Assembly: GCA_043813075.1 (NCBI GenBank)
Contig: JBDRLL010000038.1
Location: 1 to 25,933, forward strand
Reading direction: 5' to 3'
Origin: Candidatus Altiarchaeota archaeon
GTDB lineage: Archaea; Altiarchaeota; Altiarchaeia; IMC4; SCGC-AAA252-I15
Length of the DNA stretch: 25,933 nt
Position 1 is the stretch's first letter; each line of letters starts with the position of its first letter. The position numbers and the translations under genes are program-made. Under the pieces are notes generated by a model that did no database searches, was not told where the DNA came from, and saw only the letters and a program-made list of their open reading frames with translations. Shown here one piece after another: positions 16,409-25,117 of this stretch.

Positions 16409-17200
16409 TCAATAGGCGTTTATCAGGGCGACGCCGGAGACCATTATTATCGCGGCTAGTATGATCCTTATCTTCTTGATGGGTATCCTGACGTGCATGT
16501 GGCTGCCAAAGTAGACTCCCGGTAGGGATCCTGCCAGTATGGAGGCGACTATGGGCATGTCCACGTTCCCATAGGCCAGGTGCGTCACGCCGGCAGCCCC
16601 CACAAGGAATGTGGCGGTCAGTATGTCAGTGCCAACCACCCTCCCGTCCTGTATGGGGTGGAGTAATAGCAGGAACACAAGTATGAAGACTCCGCTGCCC
16701 ACTGAAGTCACTCCCACCAGCAATCCAACGAGAAACCCTACCACTATCGTATACACGTGCAGTCTGGGCGTGAACCTGAACAAACATTGGGTGCCCTCAA
16801 TAGTGGTCTTCCTCTGGAACCTCGCCTGTATGAGGATGAACAATGAAATGCAGATTAGTGCAAGCCCCAGTGATGTTCTGATGAACTGGTCTACCGCATA
16901 CTGGTGGTCTCCCAGATACTTCAGCGTCCAGACACCCAACACGGAACCCGGAACCCCGCCTATTATCAAGTGGCCTGCCACATTCAAGTCAACCGTCTTG
17001 TTCCTGTAGTGCACGATGGCCCCAACTATCTTTGTGGCGCCAGCGTACACGAGGTCGGTGCCGACGGCAGTCAACGGCTTTACTCCCATCAAGAGGATGA
17101 GTATGGGAGTCATCATGGCGCCGCCACCCATCCCAGTCAACCCCACTAACACTCCAACAACCAGTCCTGCCAGTGAAAACCTCGGGTCAAACATACTCAT
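16409..17200 (-). CDS. TauE/SafE (sulfite exporter) family permease
   Basis: GLTGMGGGAMMTP, AVGTDL and repeat GVTSVGSG...VVGTDI. The start is probably 17200 or 17194. Confidence 0.92.
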   Translation of the reverse strand: MSMFDPRFSLAGLVVGVLVGLTGMGGGAMMTPILILLMGVKPLTAVGTDLVYAGATKIVGAIVHYRNKTVDLNVAGHLIIGGVPGSVLGVWTLKYLGDHQYAVDQFIRTSLGLALICISLFILIQARFQRKTTIEGTQCLFRFTPRLHVYTIVVGFLVGLLVGVTSVGSGVFILVFLLLLHPIQDGRVVGTDILTATFLVGAAGVTHLAYGNVDMPIVASILAGSLPGVYFGSHMHVRIPIKKIRIILAAIIMVSGVALINAY

Positions 17201-17229
17201 ATTATAGGCCAGAATGGGTATATTAATCC

Positions 17230-18186
17230 ATGACAATAATGGAGGGAGGTGGCCAGAATAATGGTGTTAGAAGTTCTCCTACTCCCCCCGGTTCTCAGGT
17301 AAAACCCCATTCTGAAACTATCTCACGTTCTCTGCGCAAGGCTCTTGACGGGGGTGGTGACGTCACTGTATTGCGGTTCAACATGCAGACTCAGATACCT
17401 GACCCTCAGGTCAGGGATTTCGCGTCTCATCTTGTTAGGGTTAATGATGGTGATATTGCGGTTGGATTGTATGGGAGTAGGGTTCACCGGCTTGTGTTGG
17501 GCGTCGAATCACCTCCCGGCACTGACCTGGATCTGGCTTACGCTACTTGCGGCTTTAACGGCAATGACATAAAGCCGTTCAACGCGTTGAAGTTGAAGGC
17601 AATGGCTCTACGCGATAGGCTGGGCGGTTACACGCCAGCCGGCTTCTCTGACGGAGAGTTCATATGTCCATGGGTGTCCTACGTGAATTCACGGGGCTCA
17701 TTCTTTAAGCCCGGAGTCCGCTCTGAAGACGATTTTTCGAGGTTTGACTTGGGGTATACTGTGAATAACGTGATACTGCTTACCGACGGCAGGGAGGGTC
17801 GGATTATAGATGGTCTCGGGGGTGTAAGAGACTTGTTTGAAGGCAGGCTTCGATTCCCCGATTCCATAATGGCAGCCCTAGGTTCAAAGGATTCGAGATG
17901 GAAGACCTCAAGGGCTTTGCTTGGGTTGAAATACAAGCATACGCGTGGCATGGATTTTGACCCAGACACCCTTCAGGCGTTATCACAGCAAATGAGCAGG
18001 GTAACGTTCACAAGCAACGAGCTTACAGACGCCAGTAACCTCAGGATGCTCGGCGACATACTCGAGTCAGGAGACCCTCAGCAGGTTGCCGAAGAATTGA
18101 AGGCCTTACGGCTGGATGAATTCAGGAAACTCGCGTTAAGATACGACGACAACCGCCCCCTATACAAGCGGATAAGACATAAATAA
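17230..18186 (+). CDS. Divergent class II nucleotidyltransferase (CCA-adding/poly(A) polymerase-like)
   Basis: LYGSRVHRLVLG...TDLDL (motif A), EDDFSRFDLGYTVN (motif B), IIDGLGGVRDLFEGRLR (motif C) and GMDFDPDTLQAL. Confidence 0.72.
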   Translation: MTIMEGGGQNNGVRSSPTPPGSQVKPHSETISRSLRKALDGGGDVTVLRFNMQTQIPDPQVRDFASHLVRVNDGDIAVGLYGSRVHRLVLGVESPPGTDLDLAYATCGFNGNDIKPFNALKLKAMALRDRLGGYTPAGFSDGEFICPWVSYVNSRGSFFKPGVRSEDDFSRFDLGYTVNNVILLTDGREGRIIDGLGGVRDLFEGRLRFPDSIMAALGSKDSRWKTSRALLGLKYKHTRGMDFDPDTLQALSQQMSRVTFTSNELTDASNLRMLGDILESGDPQQVAEELKALRLDEFRKLALRYDDNRPLYKRIRHK

Positions 18187-18215
18187 AAAAGGGTTTTGTT
18201 AGGCGTTTTCCGCGC

Positions 18216-18872
18216 CTAACAGTTTTGAAGGCAGTCCTGCTTGGCCTGCTGGTCCGGTATCATGTCGCACATGCTGCATGCGTCCGGCATTCCCCCGCCC
18301 TGTTCCATCTGTTTCACCAGATCCTGCATCTGCTTCATCGTCTTCCCAAGGTCCTGGAATTCTATGTATCCTGGCGGAGTGAAGACTGCGTCAGACATCA
18401 CTGTGGGCATGCACTCGACGTTCATCGCGGCAGCAGCCATCTCGTCTATGTCAGAGTAGGAAACTCCAGTAGTGTCTTGGCTTGTGTCGTCATCAAGCTC
18501 CTGCATTTCCTTCAGGTTCATCTTTGTTCCGGTGTCCGCTCCTTCCTCCCACATGTACGCCCAGGTGCCGTCGCTTATCGTATGGTATGTGGTGTTCACT
18601 ACAGAGACCTTGGTCTTGTACTTCTCCCCGCTAATCCACGTCTCTACAGTGTCCCCTTCATGGGTGTAAGTGCACTTGTATGATTTTCCTGACGCCATTG
18701 CGACAGCCAGGTCCGTCACCTTCTCGACAATGCCTGCACCCTCCTGTCCCTTAACAGTATTCTTGGTGGCAGCAGCATCTTTAGTCGTCGTCTTCGTTTC
18801 CGTCGTATCTCCTCCGCTCATGCAGGCGCTCATAAAAACAGCCAGCACGACTAGTATGATAATCCTCTTCAT
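18216..18872 (-). CDS. Putative lipoprotein/surface protein
   Basis: Lipobox-like signal (MKRII...FMSAC), a beta-rich core and a C-terminal CSMC...C...C motif. Confidence 0.75.
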   Translation of the reverse strand: MKRIIILVVLAVFMSACMSGGDTTETKTTTKDAAATKNTVKGQEGAGIVEKVTDLAVAMASGKSYKCTYTHEGDTVETWISGEKYKTKVSVVNTTYHTISDGTWAYMWEEGADTGTKMNLKEMQELDDDTSQDTTGVSYSDIDEMAAAAMNVECMPTVMSDAVFTPPGYIEFQDLGKTMKQMQDLVKQMEQGGGMPDACSMCDMIPDQQAKQDCLQNC

Positions 18873-18926
18873 GATGGTTCACCTCGATTAGTTTAATGAT
18901 TTTACATGTGCTACTAATATATTCAT

Positions 18927-19631
18927 ATGGCCTCCCGGCAGACGGTGCTTGAGCACTTGGACGAACTGAGGACCAGGGTCCTGCGTGTTGTCGCCGTCAT
19001 AGTGTTAACGTCGCTCCTCGCCTACCCCCTGACGGACAGCGTCCTAGCCTTCATGCTGGATGGCATACTCGGCGGCTACAGTAGGAACGTCGTCGTTACA
19101 ACCCCATTGGAGGCGGTTTTGGTCAGATTCAAGCTATCCCTAATAATTAGCGCATTCATCTCAGTCCCCATAGGATTCTACGAGGCGCTGAGATTTATCG
19201 GTCCAGGCCTATATCCCCGCGAAAGAAAGTGGATTCCCCTAATCCTCTCCTCGTCGCTCCTACTCTTCACTGCAGGCGTCGCCTTCGCCTACATAGTACT
19301 GTTGCCGTTCATGGTGTCGTTCCTGCTGGCTTTCGCGTCGCCGTTCGCCAGGCCGATGCTGGTCTTGGACTCCATGGTCTCGTTCATAGTCCTGACTTCA
19401 GCGGCCATGGGGGTCGCATTCCAGTGGCCCCTGCTTGTGGCTGTCTTGTCGAGGCTAGGGGTTGTGTCGTCCGCATGGCTTTCTGGGCGGAGGAGGCATG
19501 CGATAGTCGCGTGCTTTATTCTTGGCGCGGTTTTCACTGACCCCAGCTTCATCACGCAGGTGTTGGTGGCGGTTCCTCTCGTAGTGCTCTATGAGGTGGG
19601 CATACTAGTCGCCAGGTTGTGCGAGAAATAG
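18927..19631 (+). CDS. tatC: Twin-arginine translocase subunit TatC
   Basis: HLDELRTR, FIGPGLYPRE, FQWP, RRHAIV and TDPS...Q...A.PL..LYE. Confidence 0.96.
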   Translation: MASRQTVLEHLDELRTRVLRVVAVIVLTSLLAYPLTDSVLAFMLDGILGGYSRNVVVTTPLEAVLVRFKLSLIISAFISVPIGFYEALRFIGPGLYPRERKWIPLILSSSLLLFTAGVAFAYIVLLPFMVSFLLAFASPFARPMLVLDSMVSFIVLTSAAMGVAFQWPLLVAVLSRLGVVSSAWLSGRRRHAIVACFILGAVFTDPSFITQVLVAVPLVVLYEVGILVARLCEK

Positions 19632-19635
19632 GCTT

Positions 19636-19803
19636 TTATCCCGCCGGCTGTTTGGGCTTCTTCTCATCCTCTTCCTTAGCCGCCTTCTCGAACTCCTTCT
19701 TCGCTAGCCCGAGGCTTCTGGCGAGTTCAGGCAGCCTCTTGCCTCCGAACAGCAGGAGGATTATCAAAAGTATCACGAGTAGTTCTGGCGTGCCCAGCAT
19801 CAT
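19636..19803 (-). CDS. tatA: Twin-arginine translocase subunit TatA (absent from the ORF track)
   Basis: Manual translation gives MMLGTPELLVILLIILLLFGGKRLPELARSLGLAKKEFEKAAKEEDEKKPKQPAG (55 aa): TM helix, FG hinge and amphipathic helix. Confidence 0.95.
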   Translation of the reverse strand: MMLGTPELLVILLIILLLFGGKRLPELARSLGLAKKEFEKAAKEEDEKKPKQPAG

Positions 19804-19869
19804 GTTATCAATATTGTCCGGGCTGTATTAAATACTTATCCCCGTACTTCCTGTATATCCTCCTATATA

Positions 19870-20769
19870 ATGGCTTTATTTACTCGAAGACGGGGGGACG
19901 CTGAGTTGCGGGCTGAGGGAATCCAGGTTAGCAGGCCGTTTTTCGGGCTTGCCACCGCAGAATTCCCTGCTGATAAGGTTGATTGTTTCGCCATCGCCAC
20001 TGGTGATGCGCGGAGGATCCAGGGCCTTCTGAAGGCTGCCGAGTTAAATATGGCTCCAGCCACCGCTTCGGATGCGAGGGGGGCTTCCGCCAGCGGCTAC
20101 GTTACCGTCCCAGACGGCAAGGATGGTGTGAAGGTCATGTTCCGTCAGCCGGTGCAGGTTCCTTATGACGACATTCTTAGACTAAACTTTAGGTATGATG
20201 TTATTGGAGCGTCAGACCCGTTGTTGCATAAGCTGGGCGAGCTTGGCGTTGAGGCTGAAGTCACCGTCGGACACAGCAGGCAGAGGAAGCTGACTGGAGT
20301 GCTGCAGGTTCCAGACGACCTGAGGAGCAGTCCAGAGATAATCGTCAGAAAGACCGGCGTGGTTGTGGGCAAATTCAATGTGCTTAACGTCGCTGAGATA
20401 GACGTTAACCCTCCTAGTGGGGGGCATGCGCGTGAAATCCTGTCTGCTGACACGGATTCGGAATGCATCTCAATATGGAAGAATAGCGGCGGCATCACGT
20501 CAGGCAGAAAGCTCGCTGTTGACGAGCGCCACACGCAATTGATTCCTGCTTCTGGGGGTGAGGGCCTTGGCCTGGCTGATATACGTTCTGTTACCGTCAG
20601 ATGCGGTGGCGACGCTGATAATGTGTGCAGGGTCTTTGAAGCGTTGAACGGCTTTGAGGGGGATGTTGCCGTAGGTCTTAAGGGCGGTAGGATGATTGAA
20701 GGCAGGTTGAGCACTCCCCCAAAAACTGAAAACCCGCACGGAACGCTGATCCTATCCAAGAAAAAATAA
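19870..20769 (+). CDS. Hypothetical protein with tandem Sm/SH3-like barrel repeats
   Basis: 299-aa ORF with a TATA-like element upstream and internal repeats of about 60-65 aa, e.g. DVAVGLKGGRMIEGRL. Confidence 0.6.
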   Translation: MALFTRRRGDAELRAEGIQVSRPFFGLATAEFPADKVDCFAIATGDARRIQGLLKAAELNMAPATASDARGASASGYVTVPDGKDGVKVMFRQPVQVPYDDILRLNFRYDVIGASDPLLHKLGELGVEAEVTVGHSRQRKLTGVLQVPDDLRSSPEIIVRKTGVVVGKFNVLNVAEIDVNPPSGGHAREILSADTDSECISIWKNSGGITSGRKLAVDERHTQLIPASGGEGLGLADIRSVTVRCGGDADNVCRVFEALNGFEGDVAVGLKGGRMIEGRLSTPPKTENPHGTLILSKKK

Positions 20770-20779
20770 AAAAAGAAAA
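20762..20779 (-). terminator. Oligo-T archaeal terminator candidate for the glutamate synthase-like gene
   Basis: A long A-tract on + (T-tract on -) about 15-30 nt after the stop at 20795, between convergent genes. Confidence 0.45.
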
Positions 20780-20794
20780 GATTGAGGTAGTGGA

Positions 20795-22402
20795 CTACCT
20801 CAGTTTCGGGTTCTTGCCGTCTAGGATTGCGACAGCCTCATCCCTGTAGCTGTCCATCACATAGGGTATGCCCGTCACTTCAGCGCATTCCTTGGTGAGG
20901 GACATCAGCTCGCACCTGTCTATCGCCGACACGCTGAACTTCCTCGCCCCAGCCATAAGCTGCTGTAGGCCGACCTGCAGCTTCTGCACTGCAGTGTATA
21001 TGCCTATCGCACCTAAAGGCAGGTTCTTAGCGTCTTTGCCGTACTTCTCCTGTATCTCAGAGTAGCTGACGAATATCTCCTCCGGCGTGCTCCCGAACTG
21101 TGATACTGTCTTCGGCAGGTCGTTGTTCTTTATCCACTCGCCTATGTTCTTGCCCACCATGCCCGGTATCATCAGGGCGCGGCCCATGCAGACTGCCTTC
21201 ACGTATGGTGCGCCGAGGGCCAGTGCCTTGAAGATGTGGTCTTCAGTGGACATCCCGCCTGCGAACGCCAGGTCAGGGACCCTAAGCTTCTTCTTCGCGA
21301 GCGTCTGGGCGAACTCGTATGCTGCTGAATGCAGGTATATCGCGGGGACTCCCCATTCGTTCATCATCGCCCACGGGCTCATCCCGGTTCCTCCTGGAGC
21401 GCCGTCTATGGTCAGCAGGTCGATCTTCGCCTCGCTTCCCCACCTCATTGCCATCGCGAGTTCAGGAAGCCCGTATGCTCCTGTCTTCAGGGTTATCCTC
21501 TTGAATCCCAGGCCTCTTAGCCTGTCAATCTCTGCCATGAATCCTTCCTTGGTCACGAATCCTAGTCTGGAGTGCCTCTCGAACTCCTTGATTGCGCCTG
21601 ACTTGAATGCCGCCTGGTTGGCGGGGTCTTCAGGGTCTGGCGTAACGATGTATCCCCTTTTCTTCAGCTCGATTGCGCGTTCGAGGGTCTTCACCTTGAT
21701 TTCTCCGCCGATGCATTTCGCTCCTTGACCCCATTTTAGCTCTATGGTCTCGAGGTTGTGCTTGCTGCTCACGTATTCGGCGACTCCTAGGCGCGTGTCT
21801 TCAACGTTCATCTGAACCAGTATTTCACCGTAGTTGTCGTGGAATTCCCTGTAGACGTTTATACGCCTGTCCATCTCCGGTGAAGACGTTATCTTCTTGT
21901 TCTTGTCCAGCTTCAGCTCCGGGTCTATCCCGCACACGTTCTCACCGCACACGAGGGTTATGCCCGCTATCGCAGCGCCTTTCGCGAAGTGCTCCCAGTT
22001 CTTCCTCGCTATCTCGGTAGATCCGAGAGCGCCCGTGAATACCGGCGCCTTCATCTTAACCTTCTTATCCCAACCGTATTCCGTCTCAGTGTTCACGTTA
22101 GGGAATCTCGCGTCGTCCGGGTCTGCCTTAAGCCCTTTAGTCAGTCCTACCGCGCCCACAGCGTATCCGTGGATGTTCAGGTGGGAGTAGTCTATCGGAT
22201 AGTCCTTGTCAGCCCCGCTGCTTATGTCTCCGAAGGGTCCTGGGTACAATAGTTCCCTGCCCCTGAAGGTTGCCTTAAACATGTCGCAGTTGCCCTTGCA
22301 GCCGTCAATACACCTCGTGCAGACGCCCGACTGGGGTGCGACGTTCCTGGAACGGTTAACCGTCCCCAATGCTTCATTCGCGTTTGGTTTTCTCAGATTC
22401 AT
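20795..22402 (-). CDS. Stand-alone FMN-binding glutamate synthase family protein
   Basis: IELKWGQGAK..GG, ITLKTG, TIDGAPGGTG, AGG...FKALALGA and VCMGR, plus N-terminal CxxCxxxCxxxC. ATG 22402 follows a GGTGA RBS. Confidence 0.92.
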   Translation of the reverse strand: MNLRKPNANEALGTVNRSRNVAPQSGVCTRCIDGCKGNCDMFKATFRGRELLYPGPFGDISSGADKDYPIDYSHLNIHGYAVGAVGLTKGLKADPDDARFPNVNTETEYGWDKKVKMKAPVFTGALGSTEIARKNWEHFAKGAAIAGITLVCGENVCGIDPELKLDKNKKITSSPEMDRRINVYREFHDNYGEILVQMNVEDTRLGVAEYVSSKHNLETIELKWGQGAKCIGGEIKVKTLERAIELKKRGYIVTPDPEDPANQAAFKSGAIKEFERHSRLGFVTKEGFMAEIDRLRGLGFKRITLKTGAYGLPELAMAMRWGSEAKIDLLTIDGAPGGTGMSPWAMMNEWGVPAIYLHSAAYEFAQTLAKKKLRVPDLAFAGGMSTEDHIFKALALGAPYVKAVCMGRALMIPGMVGKNIGEWIKNNDLPKTVSQFGSTPEEIFVSYSEIQEKYGKDAKNLPLGAIGIYTAVQKLQVGLQQLMAGARKFSVSAIDRCELMSLTKECAEVTGIPYVMDSYRDEAVAILDGKNPKLR

Positions 22403-22609
22403 TTCGTCACCCATTCTTGTACTAATATGTATTACAACAATGCAATACAATTGTGTACCCCAACTTAAATAGAAAGTGTTTCGATATTAAACCTATTGGA
22501 TGCATACTTGTTTGCAAACTAAATATGCTGCTATTGAAGACCCTCTAAAATTTTTGACTTCAAAACTTTTTCCTATTTTTTAATCTGACCTACCAGTTTA
22601 AACTGCCAT

Positions 22610-24130
22610 ATGGACAGGGATGCTGGCGATTCTAAACTGGAGGAGGTGGAGAAGTCTCTCAGGGAGTCGGAGGAACTCCATCGGATAACATTGAGCAACA
22701 TCTCTGACGCGGTCTTTCTCACTGATGATGGCGGTTCATTCACATTCATCTGCCCCAACGTCCACGTTATATTCGGATACTCTTATCGTGAGGTCGACGA
22801 ACTCGGCAACATATCAAAACTAATCGGGAATAAGGTATTCAAAAAAAATGAACTAAAGAAGAGGGGTGAGATACCGAACATAGAGTGCGAGATAGTTGAC
22901 AAGTCCGGAAGGCACCACATACTCCTCGTTAACGTCAAGTCTGTGTCAATAAAGGGCGGGACACTGCTGTATACCTGCAGGGACATAACGGAGAGGAAGA
23001 AGGCTGAGGAGGAGCTGAAGAAGGCGAAGGAAGAGCTTGAGGTCAGGGTTGAGGAACGTACGAGGGAGTTGAGGGAGTCTGAGGCAAAATACCGGACTCT
23101 CGTAGAGCAGGTTCCGGCTGTGACATACACCGCCTCACTGGACGAGGTAGGCTCTAGAATCTACATCAGCCCGCAGATAGAGTCAATACTCGGATTCACC
23201 ATTGACGACTGGACCAGGGAGCCTAAATTATGGCTAAAGCAAATGCATCCTGACGACAAGGAGCGTGTGCTATCCATAATCTCAGGATCCCACGAGACCG
23301 GTGAGCCATTCATACTAGAATACCGGCTCATGGATGTTTACGGAAACACCCGATGGTTCCAGGACAAGGCGGTGGTCGTCCACGACACCGAAGGAATGCC
23401 CCTACTCCTCCAGGGAGTCATGATAGACGTGACCGAGGAGAAGAAGCTTGACACAATCAAATCAAACTTCATCAGCAACGTATCCCATGAACTGAAGAGC
23501 CCGCTAGGCCTGATATCCGGCTATGTTGACGTGCTTGCAGAGAGGATAAGCGATGAAGGCCAAGCCGAGCTTATAAGCGTTGTTAAGTCCAACGTCCAGA
23601 GGCTGAACAACCTGGTTAACAGCATACTGGATTTATCTCGACTGGAGTCTGGTAAGATAACATTCAACAAGAAAAGCCATGATGCTAATGAAACCCTAAA
23701 CAGCATAGTCTCGGAATTCAACCAGGTGCTCTCTAAGAAAGAACTAAGCATTTCCCTAGATTTAGCGCCCAAATCAATGGTTTTCGGGGATTCTCATCGT
23801 TTACGCCAGGTCTTCTCAAACCTCCTTGAGAATGCAGTGAAGTTCTCGGAGAAGGGGGGTAGCATAAGATTAAGCTCGCGGATAACTGATGATGGCGTTA
23901 GGTTCTCGATTTCTGATGAGGGATGCGGGATACCATCGAATGAGGTGGAGGACATATTCAAAAAATTCCACCGGGCAGAGAAGAGCATAATGGACGGGAC
24001 TTCAGGCACAGGGATAGGTCTCGCTATCGCAAAGGACATTGTCCTGGCGCATGGGGGTAGGATATACGTTGACTCTGTCCCAGGGAAGGGTTCCACCTTC
24101 CATGTGTTATTGCCTAAAGGAGATGCATGA
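22610..24130 (+). CDS. Cytoplasmic PAS-PAS sensor histidine kinase
   Basis: Two PAS/PAC domains, H-box SHELKSPL, N-box NLLENAVKF, G1 DEGCGI and G2 GTGIGL. No TM segment. Confidence 0.95.
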   Translation: MDRDAGDSKLEEVEKSLRESEELHRITLSNISDAVFLTDDGGSFTFICPNVHVIFGYSYREVDELGNISKLIGNKVFKKNELKKRGEIPNIECEIVDKSGRHHILLVNVKSVSIKGGTLLYTCRDITERKKAEEELKKAKEELEVRVEERTRELRESEAKYRTLVEQVPAVTYTASLDEVGSRIYISPQIESILGFTIDDWTREPKLWLKQMHPDDKERVLSIISGSHETGEPFILEYRLMDVYGNTRWFQDKAVVVHDTEGMPLLLQGVMIDVTEEKKLDTIKSNFISNVSHELKSPLGLISGYVDVLAERISDEGQAELISVVKSNVQRLNNLVNSILDLSRLESGKITFNKKSHDANETLNSIVSEFNQVLSKKELSISLDLAPKSMVFGDSHRLRQVFSNLLENAVKFSEKGGSIRLSSRITDDGVRFSISDEGCGIPSNEVEDIFKKFHRAEKSIMDGTSGTGIGLAIAKDIVLAHGGRIYVDSVPGKGSTFHVLLPKGDA

Positions 24131-24132
24131 GT

Positions 24133-25095
24133 CTAGGCATTGTTCACGTCAAACTCATCTACGCTCTGGACACGTGTGCTAACCTTCAACGGCCTCCTGC
24201 ATTCATCACAGAAGATTGGCACAACACTCTTCACGTCTTTCTCCAGCTGCGATATGATATACTCTACTTTCTCTTCCCTGCATATCACTATGAATGTGTT
24301 TTCATTCAGGTGGCCTAGGAATCCGTCGTCGTTGGTTTTTATTATTTCATGGGTTATCGTCTGTGCGACAAGCTTGACGCAGTCCCTGTATCTCTTCTCC
24401 TCAACTTTATCCTTCAAGTCATCGAGGTTGTCCACTCTTACTCTTATCACCCTGAAGAGTTCCCCTGCCTTCCTCAACTCCTCCTCGATCAGCCTCTTCC
24501 CAGGCAGGTTGGTTATCCAGTTCCTGTCCCTGTTGTTGTCTAGTAGCGATTCCACGCGCGACCTGATGTCGTCTATGCTGAACGGCTTTGACACATAGTC
24601 ATCTGCACCATGTTTCAGGCCGTTGAGCCTGTCCTCCAGCTCTCCTTTCGCGGTGAGCATTAGGACTGGTATGTCGCGCGTGAGGGCGTTCTCCTTTATC
24701 ATCTCACACACCCTGAAGCCGTCTATGTCCGGCAGCATCAAGTCGAGTATTATAAGGTCCGGCATGTCCTTGACTTTCTCAAGGCCTTTCTCCCCGTCCT
24801 CCGCTTCTATGAACTCGTAGTCGTTGTCTGTCAGCACTATTTTTATCAGTCTTATGTAATCTGGGTCGTCTTCTATGACAAGTATCCTCTTGCTCCCGGA
24901 GCCTTCGATGCTCCATATCTTGGAGGCACCGATCATCGAATACTTGACTTTCCCATCGACCCTGAGGAGTTCGAGATACTTACCGAGGGTGGCCCTCCCA
25001 TGCCCGGTCTTGAGGGAAAGCTGTCTAGTCGACATTCCACCTGGATTATCCTCTAAGACCTCAAGTATCTCCTGGCTGGTGTCCATGATAATCAA
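24133..25095 (-). CDS. HTH - response regulator receiver - degenerate GGDEF protein
   Basis: N-terminal wHTH, REC domain (IEDD, LDLMLP, LTAK, KPF) and a C-terminal GGDEF-like fold (WITNLPG, VDNL, FLGHLNENTF). Confidence 0.88.
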   Translation of the reverse strand: MIIMDTSQEILEVLEDNPGGMSTRQLSLKTGHGRATLGKYLELLRVDGKVKYSMIGASKIWSIEGSGSKRILVIEDDPDYIRLIKIVLTDNDYEFIEAEDGEKGLEKVKDMPDLIILDLMLPDIDGFRVCEMIKENALTRDIPVLMLTAKGELEDRLNGLKHGADDYVSKPFSIDDIRSRVESLLDNNRDRNWITNLPGKRLIEEELRKAGELFRVIRVRVDNLDDLKDKVEEKRYRDCVKLVAQTITHEIIKTNDDGFLGHLNENTFIVICREEKVEYIISQLEKDVKSVVPIFCDECRRPLKVSTRVQSVDEFDVNNA

Positions 25096-25117
25096 TTATC
25101 CTTACTTGAATAATACC

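Noticed and set aside
19619-19831. 70-aa plus-strand ORF
   Set aside because: It is the antisense shadow of tatA.
19870-19960. Tat signal peptide in MALFTRRRGD next to tatAC
   Set aside because: No hydrophobic h-region follows the arginines.
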